From positions 3,829 to 67,828 of IMG/VR virus record IMGVR_UViG_3300028361_000024: a stretch of DNA of 64,000 bases. One strand, written 5' to 3'. Positions 1 to 9,560 of this stretch are shown here, in pieces (the first letter of the stretch is position 1; each line of letters opens with the position of its first letter). This stretch comes from a virus. The notes beneath the pieces are model-generated. The model ran no database searches and was not told where the DNA came from. It saw nothing but the letters and a program-made list of their open reading frames with translations. Position numbers and translations under genes: made by a program.

Positions 1-552
1 GATGGTAGTCTGAATTTTTCTAAATACCTGGTCCCCGTATTTCAAGGGCGTCCAGGTAGGTTTCTTCAAATCGGCGCTTATACGGGAGACGCCTCCCTGT
101 GGCTGTATGACAATCTTCTAAAAAACAATACTGGCTCGACTCTTGTTGATGTTGATACTTGGGAGGGGTCAGACGAGCCTGCCCACCATCAAATGAACTG
201 GGGCACAGTAGAAACCGTTTACGACGCAAAAACTTTAGCTGGGCGCAATCAAAGAAAAATTTTAAAGTACAAAGGTACAAGCGACTCTTTCTTTAAAAAC
301 AATCGCGAACTGTATGACTTTGTTTATGTTGACGGTGACCACACTTCCTACGGAGTTCTCAAGGACGCTATCGCATCCTATGAGTGTCTAAACGTTGGCG
401 GGATAATTGCTTTTGACGACTACCTTTGGTCAGGAGCAGATGACTCAGCAGATTGTCCCCGAATGGCGATAGACTCCTTTATGGAGGTCTACAAAAAAAG
501 AGTGAGCCTCGTCCACAAAGGGTACCAACTGTGGGTTAAAAAAATAAGGTAA
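1..552 (+). CDS. Class I SAM-dependent methyltransferase (Methyltransf_24-like), 5'-truncated by window
   Basis: Frame 1 is open from base 1 (DGSLNFSKY...FLQIGAYTGDAS...DVDTWEGS) into the listed ORF. SAM-binding glycine motif plus YVDGDH and GGIIAFDDY motifs. Confidence 0.85.
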   Translation, partial: DGSLNFSKYLVPVFQGRPGRFLQIGAYTGDASLWLYDNLLKNNTGSTLVDVDTWEGSDEPAHHQMNWGTVETVYDAKTLAGRNQRKILKYKGTSDSFFKNNRELYDFVYVDGDHTSYGVLKDAIASYECLNVGGIIAFDDYLWSGADDSADCPRMAIDSFMEVYKKRVSLVHKGYQLWVKKIR

Positions 553-575
553 CATCGATTAGTGCAGGAGAGAAA

Positions 576-761
576 ATGACAAAAAAAGAAGAGACTAAGC
601 CGACACTGTGTTACAGCTATGAAGTAACTATGGTCATACAGATTTTCGCTGAGACCGAGGAGTCTGCAAAAGACAAACTTGACTCAGACGGCGGCTTTGT
701 AAGTCGACGTTCTATTGTCCTGAAAGACGCAGTACCTCTGTACAGCGGAGAAGAGATTTAA
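576..761 (+). CDS. Hypothetical protein
   Basis: 61-aa ORF with AGGAGA RBS, abuts next gene. Confidence 0.7.
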   Translation: MTKKEETKPTLCYSYEVTMVIQIFAETEESAKDKLDSDGGFVSRRSIVLKDAVPLYSGEEI

Positions 762-1823
762 GTGAAATCAGCAATCTACACAATTGCTCTTAACGAACGC
801 AAGTTTGTAGACAAGTGGTACGAGTCAGCTAAAGACGCGGACTATCTGCTAATAGCAGACACTGGCTCTACAGACGGAACCGTAGAGCGAGCGCGTGAGC
901 TTGGCATACATGTCATCGAAATTAAAGTCACGCCTTGGAGATTTGATGATGCACGCAACGCTGCCTTAGCCGCACTTCCAGAAGATATTGACATGTGTGT
1001 TTCCCTGGACATGGACGAAGTAATTACTCCTGGCTGGGATAAGATTCTTTCAGATGCTTGGGAGCGCGGTGTAAATCGACCTCGTTATAAGCACATTTGG
1101 TCTTGGAATGAGGATGGGACCCCAGGGCTTGAGTTTAGCTATGACCACATCCACGGTCGTAAGGGATTCCGCTGGCGTCACCCCGTCCACGAGTGCATTT
1201 ACTCTTATGGCATCGAGGAGAAGCAAGAGTGGCTAGACGGCATTGCAACTCATCACCACCCAGACCCAAGCAAGAGTCGCTCACAGTACCTTCCCCTGCT
1301 TGAGATGTCTGTCAAAGAAGACCCTCACAACGACCGAAACGCTTTCTACTATGGGCGTGAACTTTACTTCTACGGGCGCTACATGGAAGCAGCGCAAGAG
1401 CTGAAGAGACACCTAGACCTTCCTACAGCCCACTGGGCACCAGAACGTGCTGCCTCAATGCGGTTTATTGGTAAGTCATTGCCCGCAGAGTCCGAGATTT
1501 GGTTTCGCAAGGCCATAGAGCAGGCTCCAGGACGCCGTGAGCCCTATGTAGACCTCACAAAACTCTACTATGACCGTCAGGACTGGGTAAGATGCCTAGA
1601 AGTTGCAGAAGAGGCACTAGCCATTAAAGACAAGCCTCTAGAGTATCTTTGCGAGGCAGAGTCTTGGGGTGCTGCTCCAAACGACTACGCCTCTATTGCA
1701 GCGTACTGGCTCGGGCAGTATGAAAAAGCAACAGAGCACGCTCAAAAGGCTGTCGACATTGAGCCGCAGAATGCACGAATGAAGAATAACCTAGTCTTCT
1801 GCCAAGCAGCCTTAGCTAAGTAG
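762..1823 (+). CDS. GT2-family glycosyltransferase with C-terminal TPR-like repeats
   Basis: IADTGSTDGT, FDDARNAAL, SLDMDE (DxD) and HPVHE motifs; helical TPR-like C-terminus. Confidence 0.9.
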   Translation: MKSAIYTIALNERKFVDKWYESAKDADYLLIADTGSTDGTVERARELGIHVIEIKVTPWRFDDARNAALAALPEDIDMCVSLDMDEVITPGWDKILSDAWERGVNRPRYKHIWSWNEDGTPGLEFSYDHIHGRKGFRWRHPVHECIYSYGIEEKQEWLDGIATHHHPDPSKSRSQYLPLLEMSVKEDPHNDRNAFYYGRELYFYGRYMEAAQELKRHLDLPTAHWAPERAASMRFIGKSLPAESEIWFRKAIEQAPGRREPYVDLTKLYYDRQDWVRCLEVAEEALAIKDKPLEYLCEAESWGAAPNDYASIAAYWLGQYEKATEHAQKAVDIEPQNARMKNNLVFCQAALAK

Positions 1824-2343
1824 AGGGGCGAGAGACTTTAGGTCTTTTTGCTGCTTGCCTATCTTTTTCTCTTTGGCGTTTCAAAGCTTTTTCGGTGCGC
1901 TCTTGTTGATAAGCCAAAACCGCGTTAACGCTGGTTCTGCTTTTCCACGAAAACTCGCATACGGTGCAGATAACTAATCTGGCAGTGGTCCATCTTCCGC
2001 CACCTGGAATCTCTACCGACTCTGTGACAAGCTTTGAGGGCCTAGCTGAACAGTATGGACAGTTAGGATAGCGCCTTCTACGGGCTTCTTCTCCCTTGTA
2101 TGAGACTGAGAGCGTCCTACGCATTTCTACTTCGTCTTTGCCACCCCAGATGCCCCAAATCTGCCTGTGCTCAAGCGCCCACTGGAGGCACTGCTTTCTT
2201 ACAGGGCAACTAAAACATAAATTTTTTGCATCGTATTTTTCGCTGGGCTCTTTAGAAAAGAACCAGTCAACTGCTCCACTATTCTCTGGCTGAGCGCAAA
2301 GAGCGTCCGCCTGCCATTTTAGATTGTCTGCTGGAGTCCACAC
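1816..2343 (-). CDS. whiB: WhiB-family transcription factor with extra C-terminal Zn-ribbon
   Basis: C...CFSCPVRKQC...GIWGG WhiB signature, followed by CPYC...CTVC and a basic tail. Confidence 0.9.
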   Translation of the reverse strand: MWTPADNLKWQADALCAQPENSGAVDWFFSKEPSEKYDAKNLCFSCPVRKQCLQWALEHRQIWGIWGGKDEVEMRRTLSVSYKGEEARRRRYPNCPYCSARPSKLVTESVEIPGGGRWTTARLVICTVCEFSWKSRTSVNAVLAYQQERTEKALKRQREKDRQAAKRPKVSRPST

Positions 2344-2396
2344 GAGGACTATACTACCTTAGCGTTGTATAAAATTTAAACTAAAACACTATAAAA

Positions 2397-2732
2397 CTAA
2401 AACTCTATCCAAGTAAATTCTTGAGGAATTTCTATAGAATCTCCGTATTGTGTCTCGCCATCTTCGTCACAATATGTGTATTCGTTTTCCTCTGGGAGAA
2501 TTCCAGCCCAACCAGCATGGATATCGCGATTTTCTAGGAATTTAAATCCATCGCCCAAGGAGTCAACAACTCCGTCACGTTGAAGAACAGAGGCCAGAGC
2601 TCTTCGGACAATTTCATTGTCCATGTCTATGTGACCAATTGTGCAGAATATGAGGTCAGAATCCCCCTCGGAAAAATAGCCACTTCCGCTCCACTGGAAC
2701 CAAAGGTGCTCTCCGTGCCTAATGTCCCTCAT
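2397..2732 (-). CDS. Hypothetical protein
   Basis: 111-aa acidic ORF, ATGA overlap with upstream gene. Confidence 0.7.
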   Translation of the reverse strand: MRDIRHGEHLWFQWSGSGYFSEGDSDLIFCTIGHIDMDNEIVRRALASVLQRDGVVDSLGDGFKFLENRDIHAGWAGILPEENEYTYCDEDGETQYGDSIEIPQEFTWIEF

Positions 2733-3031
2733 AGATAGTAATCTTCTTCGCTATCAGTCTCTCCGACGAGCCCAAATCCGCGCTTTACGTTGCTCTTAAA
2801 AACTCTGTTATCCTCACTGTCTAGCTCGTAGATGCCCGAGATAGTGAGTTCTCCGCATAGGTGGCATGTTTCAACCGCACCTGTATTGTGCTTCAAGGGC
2901 ACATCTACCCCTTTTAGACGCATAAGAATGTTCCCTGAGTCATCAATACTCTGAGGTTCCCAGTGAGCGTGATTTTTTAACCAACACTTTTCGCAGGTTG
3001 GTTGAGGTATCTCCGCACGTTTCGCACTCAT
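2729..3031 (-). CDS. Hypothetical Zn-finger-like protein
   Basis: CEKC...CHLC motifs. Confidence 0.7.
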   Translation of the reverse strand: MSAKRAEIPQPTCEKCWLKNHAHWEPQSIDDSGNILMRLKGVDVPLKHNTGAVETCHLCGELTISGIYELDSEDNRVFKSNVKRGFGLVGETDSEEDYYL

Positions 3032-3040
3032 ACCTACAGT

Positions 3041-3349
3041 CTACCGCTTAACGCGAAGTGGCAGTGGGATTCTAGGCTCCCTTATCGGGGGGACTCTCCT
3101 TTCAGAACGCAAGGCTCTACGCTGAAGGGGGGTCAATCCTCCCCATACTCCGTACTCTTCGTTTTCTAATCCCCACTCGGCGCACTCAGCCTTGTGTGGG
3201 CATGTGGCGCATACTTGCCTTGCGTACCTGTAGAACTCTTTTTCTATTTTTCCCACTGGGTCGTCTTTATCGGGAGCAAAAAATAGAATTGTCCCCACCT
3301 CTGCGCAAGCTGGGCTTTCATAGTTCCAAGGCTCTCGAAGAGCTGTCAT
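3041..3349 (-). CDS. whiB: WhiB-family transcription factor
   Basis: PACA...CATCPHKAEC...YGVWGGLT...R signature. Confidence 0.92.
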   Translation of the reverse strand: MTALREPWNYESPACAEVGTILFFAPDKDDPVGKIEKEFYRYARQVCATCPHKAECAEWGLENEEYGVWGGLTPLQRRALRSERRVPPIREPRIPLPLRVKR

Positions 3350-3380
3350 TTTTTGTCTCTCTGTTTTTTATGTTTAATTA

Positions 3381-3701
3381 TTAGCTGTTTAGATTTTCAT
3401 CAAGCTTTTTACCTACTTCATAGCCGCACCCAGCGTACCCTGCGATGTCAATCCAAGTATCCGCTTGGAACCCAGAGTTGGCCGCGTACCTGGCAACCTT
3501 AAGCCCGACCATAGCCATAGCAACATCTTCCGTGGTGAACTCTCTCTGAAAGATGACAGACCAGACTTTAGCAATGTTCGAAAAGTTACTCTCTGGGCCG
3601 CCATACTGCTTGTCACGGTCTCCCGCAATGATTTTAGCTGCCTCACGAAGTGCCTCTACTCTTGGAAGCTCTTGGGCGGTGCCTTCTCTAGTCTCTTCCA
3701 T
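3381..3701 (-). CDS. DUF6378-like phage protein (nucleotide-metabolism associated)
   Basis: GDRDKQYGGPESNF...W...MVGLKVAR...DTWIDIAGYA pattern. Confidence 0.75.
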   Translation of the reverse strand: MEETREGTAQELPRVEALREAAKIIAGDRDKQYGGPESNFSNIAKVWSVIFQREFTTEDVAMAMVGLKVARYAANSGFQADTWIDIAGYAGCGYEVGKKLDENLNS

Positions 3702-3930
3702 GTTTTATCCTCGCTATTACTTCTGCCGTGTAGTTGCTGTCATTTGTCATGTCCTGATTTTCAGTCACAACCATTTCATAGTTTACGTTGTGACTGACCA
3801 GGTATTCTTCATCTTCAAAATCGGGCTCGCTGTTGCTTCGAAGAAACCCGACAATTAAAGCGTCTGCCTTGCTCCTCAGCTTCTCATGAGAGTCACCAGA
3901 GACTTCAAACTTAAATGTAGTACTAATCAA
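3688..3930 (-). CDS. Hypothetical protein (probable TTG start at 3930)
   Basis: Non-overlapping part of ORF 3688..4047; start overlaps stop of upstream gene. Confidence 0.55.
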   Translation of the reverse strand: MISTTFKFEVSGDSHEKLRSKADALIVGFLRSNSEPDFEDEEYLVSHNVNYEMVVTENQDMTNDSNYTAEVIARIKHGRD

Positions 3931-4348
3931 GGACAACCACCAACTTCTCAAGCATTTGCGGCGGGTAGTGTGCCCCCTCAAGAGATGGCTCTTTTCCGTC
4001 TGTGCTTTTGAAAATGATATCTCCGTAACGAACCCCGACCACAACACCTCTACGTCCGTTGTGGAGGGTGCCTGTCTCTCCTGAAAAAGCTTCGGCGCGT
4101 ACTCTAACTTGGTCAGTAACTTTAATGTCCCCAGGTCGTGCCTGAACCCAAATTTCGTCTTTCTTGTTTTTTACAAAGACGTGCCCCAGGGCGAGCTTAG
4201 AAAACATTTCTACAGTTTTTTCTCGATGCTCTTCGGGCAGGTCGATTGAGTCAAGGAACTCAATCAGTTTCATTGTGGCGTCTCCTACAGGCTTACGAAC
4301 TTTCGCAGCTTGCAGCTGTATTTTTATCCAGTTAATGTCAAGTCCCAT
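3923..4348 (-). CDS. Hypothetical protein with SH3/KOW-like C-terminus
   Basis: 141-aa ORF with AAGGAG RBS; DIKVTDQVRV...NGRRGVVVGV beta pattern. Confidence 0.7.
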   Translation of the reverse strand: MGLDINWIKIQLQAAKVRKPVGDATMKLIEFLDSIDLPEEHREKTVEMFSKLALGHVFVKNKKDEIWVQARPGDIKVTDQVRVRAEAFSGETGTLHNGRRGVVVGVRYGDIIFKSTDGKEPSLEGAHYPPQMLEKLVVVLD

Positions 4349-4380
4349 GAGGGACTCCTTCCGTTTAGGGTGTTGAATTT

Positions 4381-5418
4381 TTACTTATTAGTAAAACTGA
4401 GTGCAGATGCTACTGATTGAATAGCTTCTGACATCTTTGCCTGACTGCTGCTTGCTGTTGCATCGAGATATGCGTCTCTCTGGTGTGCAGCAAGCTCTGC
4501 CCTTTCTAGGGCAGACATCTCCTCAATTGTGCTGGCTAAGTGGCTCCAGTGAGCTCCTAGCTTGCAGCTAAGCCGCCAATCTGTCACAACTGGTTTGCCT
4601 AGGGCGAGCGACTCTGCAATAAATGGAGTCCACCACGGCTCGGAAGAGCGGTAGACAGATACCAAGGTGCCTATTGACTTCGACATACGAGTAATAATTT
4701 CTTCTCTATGCTCCCACCTACTCTGCCTGACAGGGACCATGGGATTGCGCAGGGTTCTTTCAATAGAGGTTGCCCATTTAGTTTTGGGTCCGTCACAAGT
4801 CCAAAAAGCTTCTTGCCCTTCAGACAACGTAATGTCACCCACGCTCTGCAATACTTGGTGGTCCAAATTAACACCAAAAAGTTTTGCCTCATTAATGTTT
4901 GGGATAGCCGACACAAGGGACTCAGAGGTAGACCAAGGTAGAGCTGCAAAAATTGTCGTAGGCCACTCCTCTGTGTACAGGTGCGCAATAAAGCTGTAGA
5001 CATCTGCAGAGAACTCGGGATTGGAAAGCATCTGCTCATAGTCTTTACGACGGCTGTAGAACTCTTTTTTCAAGTCGGAGAGGGTTAGGTGACAGGATTT
5101 TATTGACGCCTGGAGTTTGTATGGCTCGGGGGCATCAAGAAAAATTGCCAAATTTCCTAATTCCTTGGCCTTATTCGCTATAGCAAATGCTGAATAGACT
5201 TTGTTTGCTGACAGGCTAGTAGGGGGAGCTACACCTACCAAAACAGCGTCGTATGATGCAAGCTCTTCCTTGCTTGTGTGGGCAGATGGTTCTACAAAAT
5301 CAACAGAGGCCCCAGAATCTGTCAAAGACTTATACATTAGAGCAGCAAAAGTAGTAAATCTTGAGGCAGTTTTTGAGGAGCTCTGTTGAGCAGTGGACCC
5401 TGTAATTAAAACTTTCAT
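4381..5418 (-). CDS. Putative GT-B fold glycosyltransferase
   Basis: N-terminal MKVLITG strand, YDAVLVG, and C-terminal AESLALGKPVVT resembling the GT-B E-A-x-A-x-G-x-P-V motif. Confidence 0.55.
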   Translation of the reverse strand: MKVLITGSTAQQSSSKTASRFTTFAALMYKSLTDSGASVDFVEPSAHTSKEELASYDAVLVGVAPPTSLSANKVYSAFAIANKAKELGNLAIFLDAPEPYKLQASIKSCHLTLSDLKKEFYSRRKDYEQMLSNPEFSADVYSFIAHLYTEEWPTTIFAALPWSTSESLVSAIPNINEAKLFGVNLDHQVLQSVGDITLSEGQEAFWTCDGPKTKWATSIERTLRNPMVPVRQSRWEHREEIITRMSKSIGTLVSVYRSSEPWWTPFIAESLALGKPVVTDWRLSCKLGAHWSHLASTIEEMSALERAELAAHQRDAYLDATASSSQAKMSEAIQSVASALSFTNK

Positions 5419-5446
5419 TGTGTCACTTTCCTAAAGTTTTCTGATT

Positions 5447-5487
5447 AACCTAGAAAGCCGCTCAGCGGACTGAACGGCAATCTAGGT
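5447..5487 (-). terminator. Long imperfect hairpin downstream of SSB gene
   Basis: CCTAGA-AAGCCG-CTCAG-CGGA-CTGA-ACGGC-AA-TCTAGG inverted repeat. Confidence 0.5.
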
Positions 5488-5503
5488 CATTCAAAAGCCC
5501 CTC

Positions 5504-6040
5504 TTAGAACGGAGCAGCGGGGGCTGCAGCAGCAGGAGCTGGTGCAGGTGCGGGAGCTGGTGCAGGTGCTGGCGCAGGGGCTGCAGCAGCTGGAGCGGCA
5601 GACGCCTCGGACGGAGCTGCAGAACCTGCCGAAACGTAATAGTTCTTAATCTCGTTACGCTTTTGTCCGTTGTATACGCGTGAACCAATCTGACCTCGGA
5701 ACCCACGACCAACCAAGGCCTGCTCAATCTGAGAGTTATTTGGCTCGCGGTCGAAGAAGCCTTCCTTGGACAAGCCAAGTGCGTTCATTTTACGGAAGAA
5801 AATCCCGAGAGCAGTTGCATTGTCAGGCGAGACAACCAAGTTGTCCCACACAAGGCGGTTAGCATTTGCGCCACCCTGAACCTGGCATTTAATTGCGAAC
5901 ATAGTCTTTCCAGATTGCGTTACCTTAGCCTCAGACTCCATGACTTTTAGCTCATAGTCGCCGTCTGGCAATGGCTCATAGCTGGTAGAAGTTGATTCCG
6001 CAGCATCCTTAATTAGCTCTCCCCAGTTGAGTGAACTCAT
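5504..6040 (-). CDS. DUF669-type single-stranded DNA-binding protein
   Basis: YEPLPDGDY...SGKTM...YNGQKRNEIK pattern, Pro/Ala linker and terminal PF; next to AAA ATPase and nuclease. Confidence 0.8.
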   Translation of the reverse strand: MSSLNWGELIKDAAESTSTSYEPLPDGDYELKVMESEAKVTQSGKTMFAIKCQVQGGANANRLVWDNLVVSPDNATALGIFFRKMNALGLSKEGFFDREPNNSQIEQALVGRGFRGQIGSRVYNGQKRNEIKNYYVSAGSAAPSEASAAPAAAAPAPAPAPAPAPAPAPAAAAPAAPF

Positions 6041-6042
6041 GT

Positions 6043-6825
6043 TTATACCTCTTCCTTATTTTTCTTGTTGTTATTTGTCTTTTCGGCCTGTTTAGGTCCG
6101 AAGATGGTGTCAAGCATCGTCTCAATACTAAGATTTTGCTGCTCAACGATTGTGCCCAAACGTCCCTGAACACGCTCACCTGCTTCATACTCTTTTGTTC
6201 GCTCGACGTACATACGACGAACTTTGTAGGGAGCGCCCATCGGGTCTTGGTTTGGGAACTCTTCAATAGTCAGGGCACCGAGGATGTCGTAAAAGTACGG
6301 TGCCATGATTTTAAGTTGCCCCTGCAGATACGGACGGTGGCGCCCATCCTGGGTCACCTGAGACATAGCCGTTAGCACGACTGCCTCAAGGGGGTTTGTG
6401 GCGTGCATCGTCAGGTCACGAAGGTCACGAAGAAGCCCGCCCATGTGGCGAAGGAGCTCGCCCCACTGCTGCATCTTCATTTGCTCGCTACCTGCGATAT
6501 TATCAATGCACTTAACCTGTAGCTCCGAAATAGAGTCAATGATTAAGGACTTGAACTGATGCTTACCACTTTGAAGCCATTGAAATGCCTTCAAAACAGT
6601 GTCGTAGTCTCGGACTGTGACAACAACTGTGTCCCAGGTTCCGTCAGCTACTGGTGGTTCCTCGCTCAGCGGATTCCAATACTTTGTGACGATGGGCAAA
6701 AATCGGTGCCCACCCTCGACGTCAAGCATAAGGCGCGGATAAGGGGCAGTCACAGCGAAGGAGGATTTACCCACCTTTGATTCGCCATAGACCATAACGG
6801 TTAGAGACCGCTGTACTTCACTCAT
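6043..6825 (-). CDS. AAA_24 / Sak4-like ATPase (recombination)
   Basis: Walker A YGESKVGKS, LDVEGG, IIDSISE. Confidence 0.85.
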   Translation of the reverse strand: MSEVQRSLTVMVYGESKVGKSSFAVTAPYPRLMLDVEGGHRFLPIVTKYWNPLSEEPPVADGTWDTVVVTVRDYDTVLKAFQWLQSGKHQFKSLIIDSISELQVKCIDNIAGSEQMKMQQWGELLRHMGGLLRDLRDLTMHATNPLEAVVLTAMSQVTQDGRHRPYLQGQLKIMAPYFYDILGALTIEEFPNQDPMGAPYKVRRMYVERTKEYEAGERVQGRLGTIVEQQNLSIETMLDTIFGPKQAEKTNNNKKNKEEV

Positions 6826-6828
6826 ATG

Positions 6829-7755
6829 TCACTCACTTCCTTTTTTGTCTGTCTCACCATAGTATGCGTATGGGTCGGCTACTTCGTACATTGCTTCAAT
6901 TGCTTGTTCGGCGGCAGAGCCGTCGTCCATTAGCGTGCATACAGTGAAGAATTGGCACTTCCATTTGCAATCCCTAGAAGGGGTTGGGTACGCGTGGAAT
7001 GAAGAACTCTCCCCCTCATCCAAGGCAGTGCGAACACGCATCATGTCCGCAACGGTGCCATGGATTCGGTCCCAAAATGACCTCAAGGTGAAGACATTGT
7101 GACGTACCTCTATCTGGTCATAAAACGGAGGACGGGCAGCAGCAGTGCGACGAACCTTCTTTAGAAGTGTAAAGATTCCTCCCTCTGAGCGGTCCTCGCC
7201 TTTGTTTTGGTGCTGCTCAAGCAGCATGTACGTCAAAATCTGCTCGTTCATCGGGGCTAAGTTTGCAAAGTCGCTCAAAGAGCCGCCCACAGTTTTGAAA
7301 TCTCGAAACATCCGAACACCGTCTACTCTACGACGGACACGCATGTCGAGCTTGCCTTGTAGTTCGACTTCTCCGTTAAACATGGGCATTGTAATTTTTT
7401 CTTCAGTAGAAATCATCTCTAGCTCAGAATCAATTCCGTTTTCCTCAACCCACTGAAGGTAGCCTTCGAGCATGATGTGCCCTAGCTCAGCTTCTTTTTC
7501 AAGCTCCCCAACATCACGGAAGTCAGTTAAAAGAGTTTCTTTCTCCATCTCAACCAGCTTTGTGTGCGCTGCAAGAAGTGGCGCTCCCGTTGAGTAGTGC
7601 TGGTCTAAAGCTTCGTGTATCCGAGACCCTAGGGCCAGGGCACCCGTCATTTTCTTCTCTGTCGGCTGTAGACGGCGGTAGTATGTGAACCACCAGCGAC
7701 GCCTGCAGTCTTTGAATGTTTGGATTTCAGAGTTACTTATCCGCATAATTGTCAT
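6829..7755 (-). CDS. PD-(D/E)XK Cas4/RecB-like exonuclease
   Basis: SNSEI..FKDC, GSRIHEALD, GKLD..., DFKT, C-terminal CKWKCQFFTVC. Confidence 0.88.
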   Translation of the reverse strand: MTIMRISNSEIQTFKDCRRRWWFTYYRRLQPTEKKMTGALALGSRIHEALDQHYSTGAPLLAAHTKLVEMEKETLLTDFRDVGELEKEAELGHIMLEGYLQWVEENGIDSELEMISTEEKITMPMFNGEVELQGKLDMRVRRRVDGVRMFRDFKTVGGSLSDFANLAPMNEQILTYMLLEQHQNKGEDRSEGGIFTLLKKVRRTAAARPPFYDQIEVRHNVFTLRSFWDRIHGTVADMMRVRTALDEGESSSFHAYPTPSRDCKWKCQFFTVCTLMDDGSAAEQAIEAMYEVADPYAYYGETDKKGSE

Positions 7756-9560
7756 TTTTTAGCCTTGTCTTCCTTGAGCATCGAGAGCAGTTGGTCTTTA
7801 TCTTTCACTATCTGCTCGAAGTTGTCTGCTTTTTTCTCTAGTACTTGGATGACTCGCTCTTCAATACTGTCTTCTGTAACGTAGTCAGTGATAATAATTG
7901 AGTCGTGAATCTCAGAACCAATCCTGTGTACGCGGTCCATCGCCTGCTTGTGGTCAACCAGAGACCACGGACGCTGAAGCATGATGAGCCTGCGAGCTGC
8001 TGTCAAGGTGATTCCAACACCGCCAGCTTGGGCGGTGAAAAGAATCCATTTAATCCGTCCGCTTTGGAAATCATCCACGGCCTGCTGGCGCTCGTCTTCG
8101 TCCTGTAGCCCAGTGATGAGACCGTGCTTGATTCCAGCTTTGGTCATGGCGGCACTCAATAAATAAATAAGCTGACGAGACACGGCACAAACTGCCACAG
8201 AGTCTTCGCCGAAGTCGTTGGCCTTTATATCTGACATCACAGCATCGACCTTACAAGAGGGCTCTGACAAAGTAGCTTTTATCTCTCCTGTCGACTCGTC
8301 CACTGTTAGCTCGGCGTAGGCGTTAGCAAACTGGTTGAGCCTAGTGGTCTGGGTCAAGATGCTTGGAGCAGTTAAGGCCTGTCCATCATCCAGCTCAGCA
8401 ATCATTGTGTCGCGCATCTGAGCGTAGGCTTTTTTCTGCTTGGTAGACATCTCCACATCTCGGCGCTCGCTCATAACTTCTGGCAGCCAAGGGAGGACTT
8501 TTTGTTTTAGCATACGGCGCATGTGGGGGTTAAGAGTTTTATAGAACTCGTCTTGCATGTGAGGTTTTACGCCCAAAACCAACATACCGCCAAAGGCGTT
8601 GAGCATGGTGTCCACCATTCGCTCAATCCATTTAGTTTTGCTTGGCCATTCACGAGCGTCTAGCCAATGTAAAATGGGCCACAGGTCCACAACATCATTA
8701 GCTATAGGGGTACCAGTCATTGCAAAACGAATGTCTGCATCTCCCGTAGCTGACCACAGCGCCCGAGTCTGTTTTGACTTAGGGTCCTTCGAGCGGTGAA
8801 TTTCGTCGGCAACCACTGCCTTAAATTCGATGCTGTTTAGCTCGCGAATATGTACTTCGCAACGGGTCTCGCTGATGCTTTCATCGTGCCCACCGCATTT
8901 TGAACAGCGGGTAAGCGCGACGGAGCCATAAGGTGCGAGCCTACTGTGTGAGCGTAAAGACTCCCAATTTATAATAAGCACATCAATGTTGCTTTCAACA
9001 GATATTTCAAATTGCTTTTTCCGCTGAGTCGCTGTGCCTTTAACAACTTGGGTAGTAACTTCAGGCCACCATCTCTGGAATTCGCGTTCCCAGTTCTTTT
9101 TCAAAGTGTTTGGGCAGACAATCATGGCGGGAAAAACATCTTCCCCTTGCTCTTTAAGACGCTTTAGGGCACGGATAGCTTGAGCAGTCTTGCCGAGACC
9201 TGGCTCGTCCGCCAGCAAAGCCCTCCTAGCGGTCGCCAGATAGGCTACACCAGCTCTTTGGTGGGGGAATAGGTCTTCATCCCCCTCATATTCTTCAAGC
9301 TCCCTGAGGGCCATAGAAGGCTCTATACGGGTTGTTATAGTGTTCTGAGCCCAGGCTGAAAGCCCCTCACCAATCTCTAAGTTCTCTTTAAAAGTAGACC
9401 GTAAGGCTAGGCAGCTTGACCAACTGAGTGGCACACGCCAAACCTGCTCTTTTGTGCTCCAGGCAGACCCTGGGATGCTTTTACACAGCTCTTTGTACCG
9501 CCATTCGGCGTTTATGAGAATGTGGGTCCCGTTTGGGTCCAATTCTACAGATACAGACAC
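7752..9560 (-). CDS. SNF2-family DEAD/H helicase
   Basis: LADEPGLGKT, DEIH, TGTP, GITL, QAMDRVHRIG motifs. Confidence 0.93.
   Translation of the reverse strand: MSVSVELDPNGTHILINAEWRYKELCKSIPGSAWSTKEQVWRVPLSWSSCLALRSTFKENLEIGEGLSAWAQNTITTRIEPSMALRELEEYEGDEDLFPHQRAGVAYLATARRALLADEPGLGKTAQAIRALKRLKEQGEDVFPAMIVCPNTLKKNWEREFQRWWPEVTTQVVKGTATQRKKQFEISVESNIDVLIINWESLRSHSRLAPYGSVALTRCSKCGGHDESISETRCEVHIRELNSIEFKAVVADEIHRSKDPKSKQTRALWSATGDADIRFAMTGTPIANDVVDLWPILHWLDAREWPSKTKWIERMVDTMLNAFGGMLVLGVKPHMQDEFYKTLNPHMRRMLKQKVLPWLPEVMSERRDVEMSTKQKKAYAQMRDTMIAELDDGQALTAPSILTQTTRLNQFANAYAELTVDESTGEIKATLSEPSCKVDAVMSDIKANDFGEDSVAVCAVSRQLIYLLSAAMTKAGIKHGLITGLQDEDERQQAVDDFQSGRIKWILFTAQAGGVGITLTAARRLIMLQRPWSLVDHKQAMDRVHRIGSEIHDSIIITDYVTEDSIEERVIQVLEKKADNFEQIVKDKDQLLSMLKEDKAKK

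Noticed and set aside
5515-5625. GC-rich tandem repeats (GGTGCAGGTGC, GGGGCTGCAGCAG)
   Set aside because: They encode the Pro/Ala linker of the SSB C-terminal tail
6829-7755. Cas4-like nuclease as evidence of a CRISPR system
   Set aside because: Sits in an SSB/AAA/helicase recombination block; no repeat-spacer array or other cas genes in the window
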